NCBI GenBank assembly: GCA_038087875.1
Contig: JAXLNO010003993.1
Location: 1-64,000, forward strand
Length of the DNA: 64,000 nt
Direction: 5' to 3'
Origin: Malacoraja senta
Taxonomy: Eukaryota
In this document: positions 61,734 to 64,000 of the stretch, piece by piece
Layout of the letters: each line of letters starts with the position of its first letter
Numbering within the stretch: position 1 is the stretch's first letter
Notes under the pieces: generated by a model
Told to the model about the DNA's origin: nothing
Seen by the model: only the letters and a program-made list of their open reading frames with translations
The model's database searches: none
Made by a program: the position numbers and the translations under genes

Positions 61734-63571
61734 AATGCAGCCAGTGATGCATGCATTCCCTTTAATGCAGCCAGTGATGCATGCATTCCCTTTAATGCGG
61801 CCAGTGATGCATGCATTCCCTTTAATGCAGACAGTGATGCATGCGTTCCCTTTAATGCCGCCAGTGACGCATGCATTCCCTTTAATGCACCAGTGATGCA
61901 TGCATTCACTTTAATGCAGCCAGTGATGCATGCATTCCCTTTAATGCAGCCAGTGATGCATGCATCCACTTTAATGCAGCCAGTGATGCATGCATGCATT
62001 CCCTTTAATGCAGCCAGTGATGCATGCATTCACTTTAATGCAGCCAGTGATGCATGCATTCCCTTTAATGCAGCCAGTGATGCATGCATTCACTTTAATG
62101 CAGCCAGTGATGCATGCATCCACTTTAATGCAGCCAGTGATGCATGCATTCCCTTTAATGCAGCCAGTGAAGCATGCATTCACTTTAATGCAGCCAGTGA
62201 TGCATGCATTCCCTTTAATGCAGCCAGTGATGCATGCATTCACTTTAATGCAGCCAGTGATGCATGCATTCCCTTTTATGCAGCCAGTGATGCATGCATT
62301 CCCTTTAATGCAGCCAGTGATGCATGCATTCCCTTTAATGCAGCAAGTGATGCATGCATTCCCTTTAATGCGGCCAGTGATGCATGCATTCCCTTTAATG
62401 CAGCCAGTGATGCATGCATTCCCTTTAATGCGGCCAGTGATGCATGCATTCCCTTTAATGCAGACAGTGATGCATGCATTCCCTTTAATGCCGCCAGTGA
62501 CGCATGCATTCCCTTTAGTGCACCAGTGATGCATGCATTCACTTTAATGCAGCCAGTGATGCATGCATTCCCTTTAATGCAGCCAGTGATGCATGCATTC
62601 ACTTTAATGCAGCCAGTGATGCATGCATCCACTTTAATGCAGCCAGTGATGCATGCATTCCCTTTAATGCAGTCAGTGATGCATGCATTCACTTTAATGC
62701 AGCCAGTGATGCATGCATTCCCTTTAATGCAGCCAGTGATGCATGCATTCACTTTAATGCAGCCAGTGATGCATGCATTCCCTTTTATGCAGCCAGTGAT
62801 GCATGCATTCCCTTTAATGCAGCCAGTGATGCATGCATTCCCTTTAATGCAGCAAGTGATGCATGCATTCCCTTTAATGCGGCCAGTGATGCATGCATTC
62901 CCTTTAATGCAGCCAGTGATGCATGCATTCCCTTTAATGCGGCCAGTGATGCATGCATTCCCTTTAATGCAGACAGTGATGCATGCATTCCCTTTAATGC
63001 CGCCAGTGACGCATGCATTCCCTTTAGTGCACCAGTGATGCATGCATTCACTTTAATGCAGCCAGTGATGCATGCATTCCCTTTAATGCCGCCAGTGATG
63101 CATGCATCCACTTTAATGCAGCCAGTGATGCATGCATTCCCTTTAATGCAGCCAGTGATGCAGGCATTCACTTTAATGCAGCCAGTGATGCATGCATTCC
63201 CTTTAATGCAGCCAGTGATGCATGCATTCACTTTAATGCAGCCAGTGATGCAGGCATCCACTTTAATGCAGCCAGTGATGCATGCATACCCTTTAATGCA
63301 GCCAGTGATGCATGCATTCACTTTAATGCAGCCAGTGATGCATGCATTCCCTTTAATGCAGCCAGTGATGCATGCATTCACTTTAATGCAGACAGTGATG
63401 CATGCATTCCCTTTTATGCAGACAGTGATGCATGCATTCCCTTTAATGCAGCCAGTAATGCATGCATTCCCTTTAATGCAGCAAGTGATGCATGCATTCC
63501 CTTTAATGCAGCCAGTGATGCATGCATTCCCTTTAATGCAGCCAGTGATGCATGCATTCCGTTTAATGCAG
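61734..63571. repeat. 30-bp minisatellite (AATGCAGCCAGTGATGCATGCATTCCCTTT), ~61 units, with higher-order blocks
   Basis: Direct reading; diagnostic variant units recur at 633, 509 and 629 bp spacing. Confidence 0.97.
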
Positions 63572-63847
63572 CAGGGGGAACATGCACAGGTGCTTGTAGG
63601 CCGATCCCTGCATTTTATAACTCACACTATATTCACACTTAATATTGCCCTTCAGGCAGATTTCTGTCTCATTTCCAAACCATTTCCACAAACCCCTCCC
63701 CCAAACTCACCAAGCCGACCTTGCGTGACAACGGCGTGGATGTGGGGAGCCCAGACCGGCCAAAACAGGCCCTTCAGCCCATTCCCCCCCTGCCAGCCCG
63801 CAGTTGGCATTGTCTGAATCGGGTCTACGTTCGCCCAAATCCCCTCT

Positions 63848-63850
63848 AGC

Positions 63851-63883
<33 letters not shown>

Positions 63884-63950
63884 CAGAGGGACAGAGAGAG
63901 AGACAGACAGACAGACAGAGAGACAGAGGGACAGAGAGAGAGAAACATAG
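63848..63950. repeat. (AG)n/(GACA)n microsatellite at a SINE tail
   Basis: Seen directly; followed by ggaaacaggccctttggccc. Confidence 0.9.
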
Positions 63951-64000
63951 AGACGGAGTGATAGTGTGGAAACAGGCCCTTTGGCCCAACTTGCCCACAC

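Noticed and set aside
61089-63817. Long repetitive ORFs (131-381 aa) and a possible CRISPR-like array
   Set aside because: Products of 30-bp and CT periodicity; units are contiguous with no unique spacers, no cas genes, and the context is eukaryotic.

Overview
Repeat-rich vertebrate genomic DNA, most likely from a cartilaginous fish (skate/ray/shark), judged from HE1-type V-SINEs, HER1/CR1, Rex-Babar and Penelope remnants, and MHC class I-type exons. The dominant structure is a giant inverted duplication. Bases 1-21560 (possibly extending left of the window) are mirrored at 26212-46951 around a unique ~4.65 kb spacer. Each arm carries a DIRS1 retrotransposon end, a hAT MITE, a decayed ~6.6 kb L1, a 137/138-N run, and the alpha3 and transmembrane exons of an MHC class I-like gene. 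The only alpha2 exon lies in the spacer; it has a 2-nt frameshift and a nonclassical residue pattern. No leader or alpha1 exon was found. Right of the palindrome are the rest of a full-length but decayed DIRS1 element (45865-50927), old repeat debris, a rearranged class I endogenous retrovirus remnant (57139-60654), a GC-rich putative promoter, and a 30-bp minisatellite with higher-order structure (61734-63571). No intact host gene can be shown. All identities and alignments are by-eye estimates; no database searches were run.
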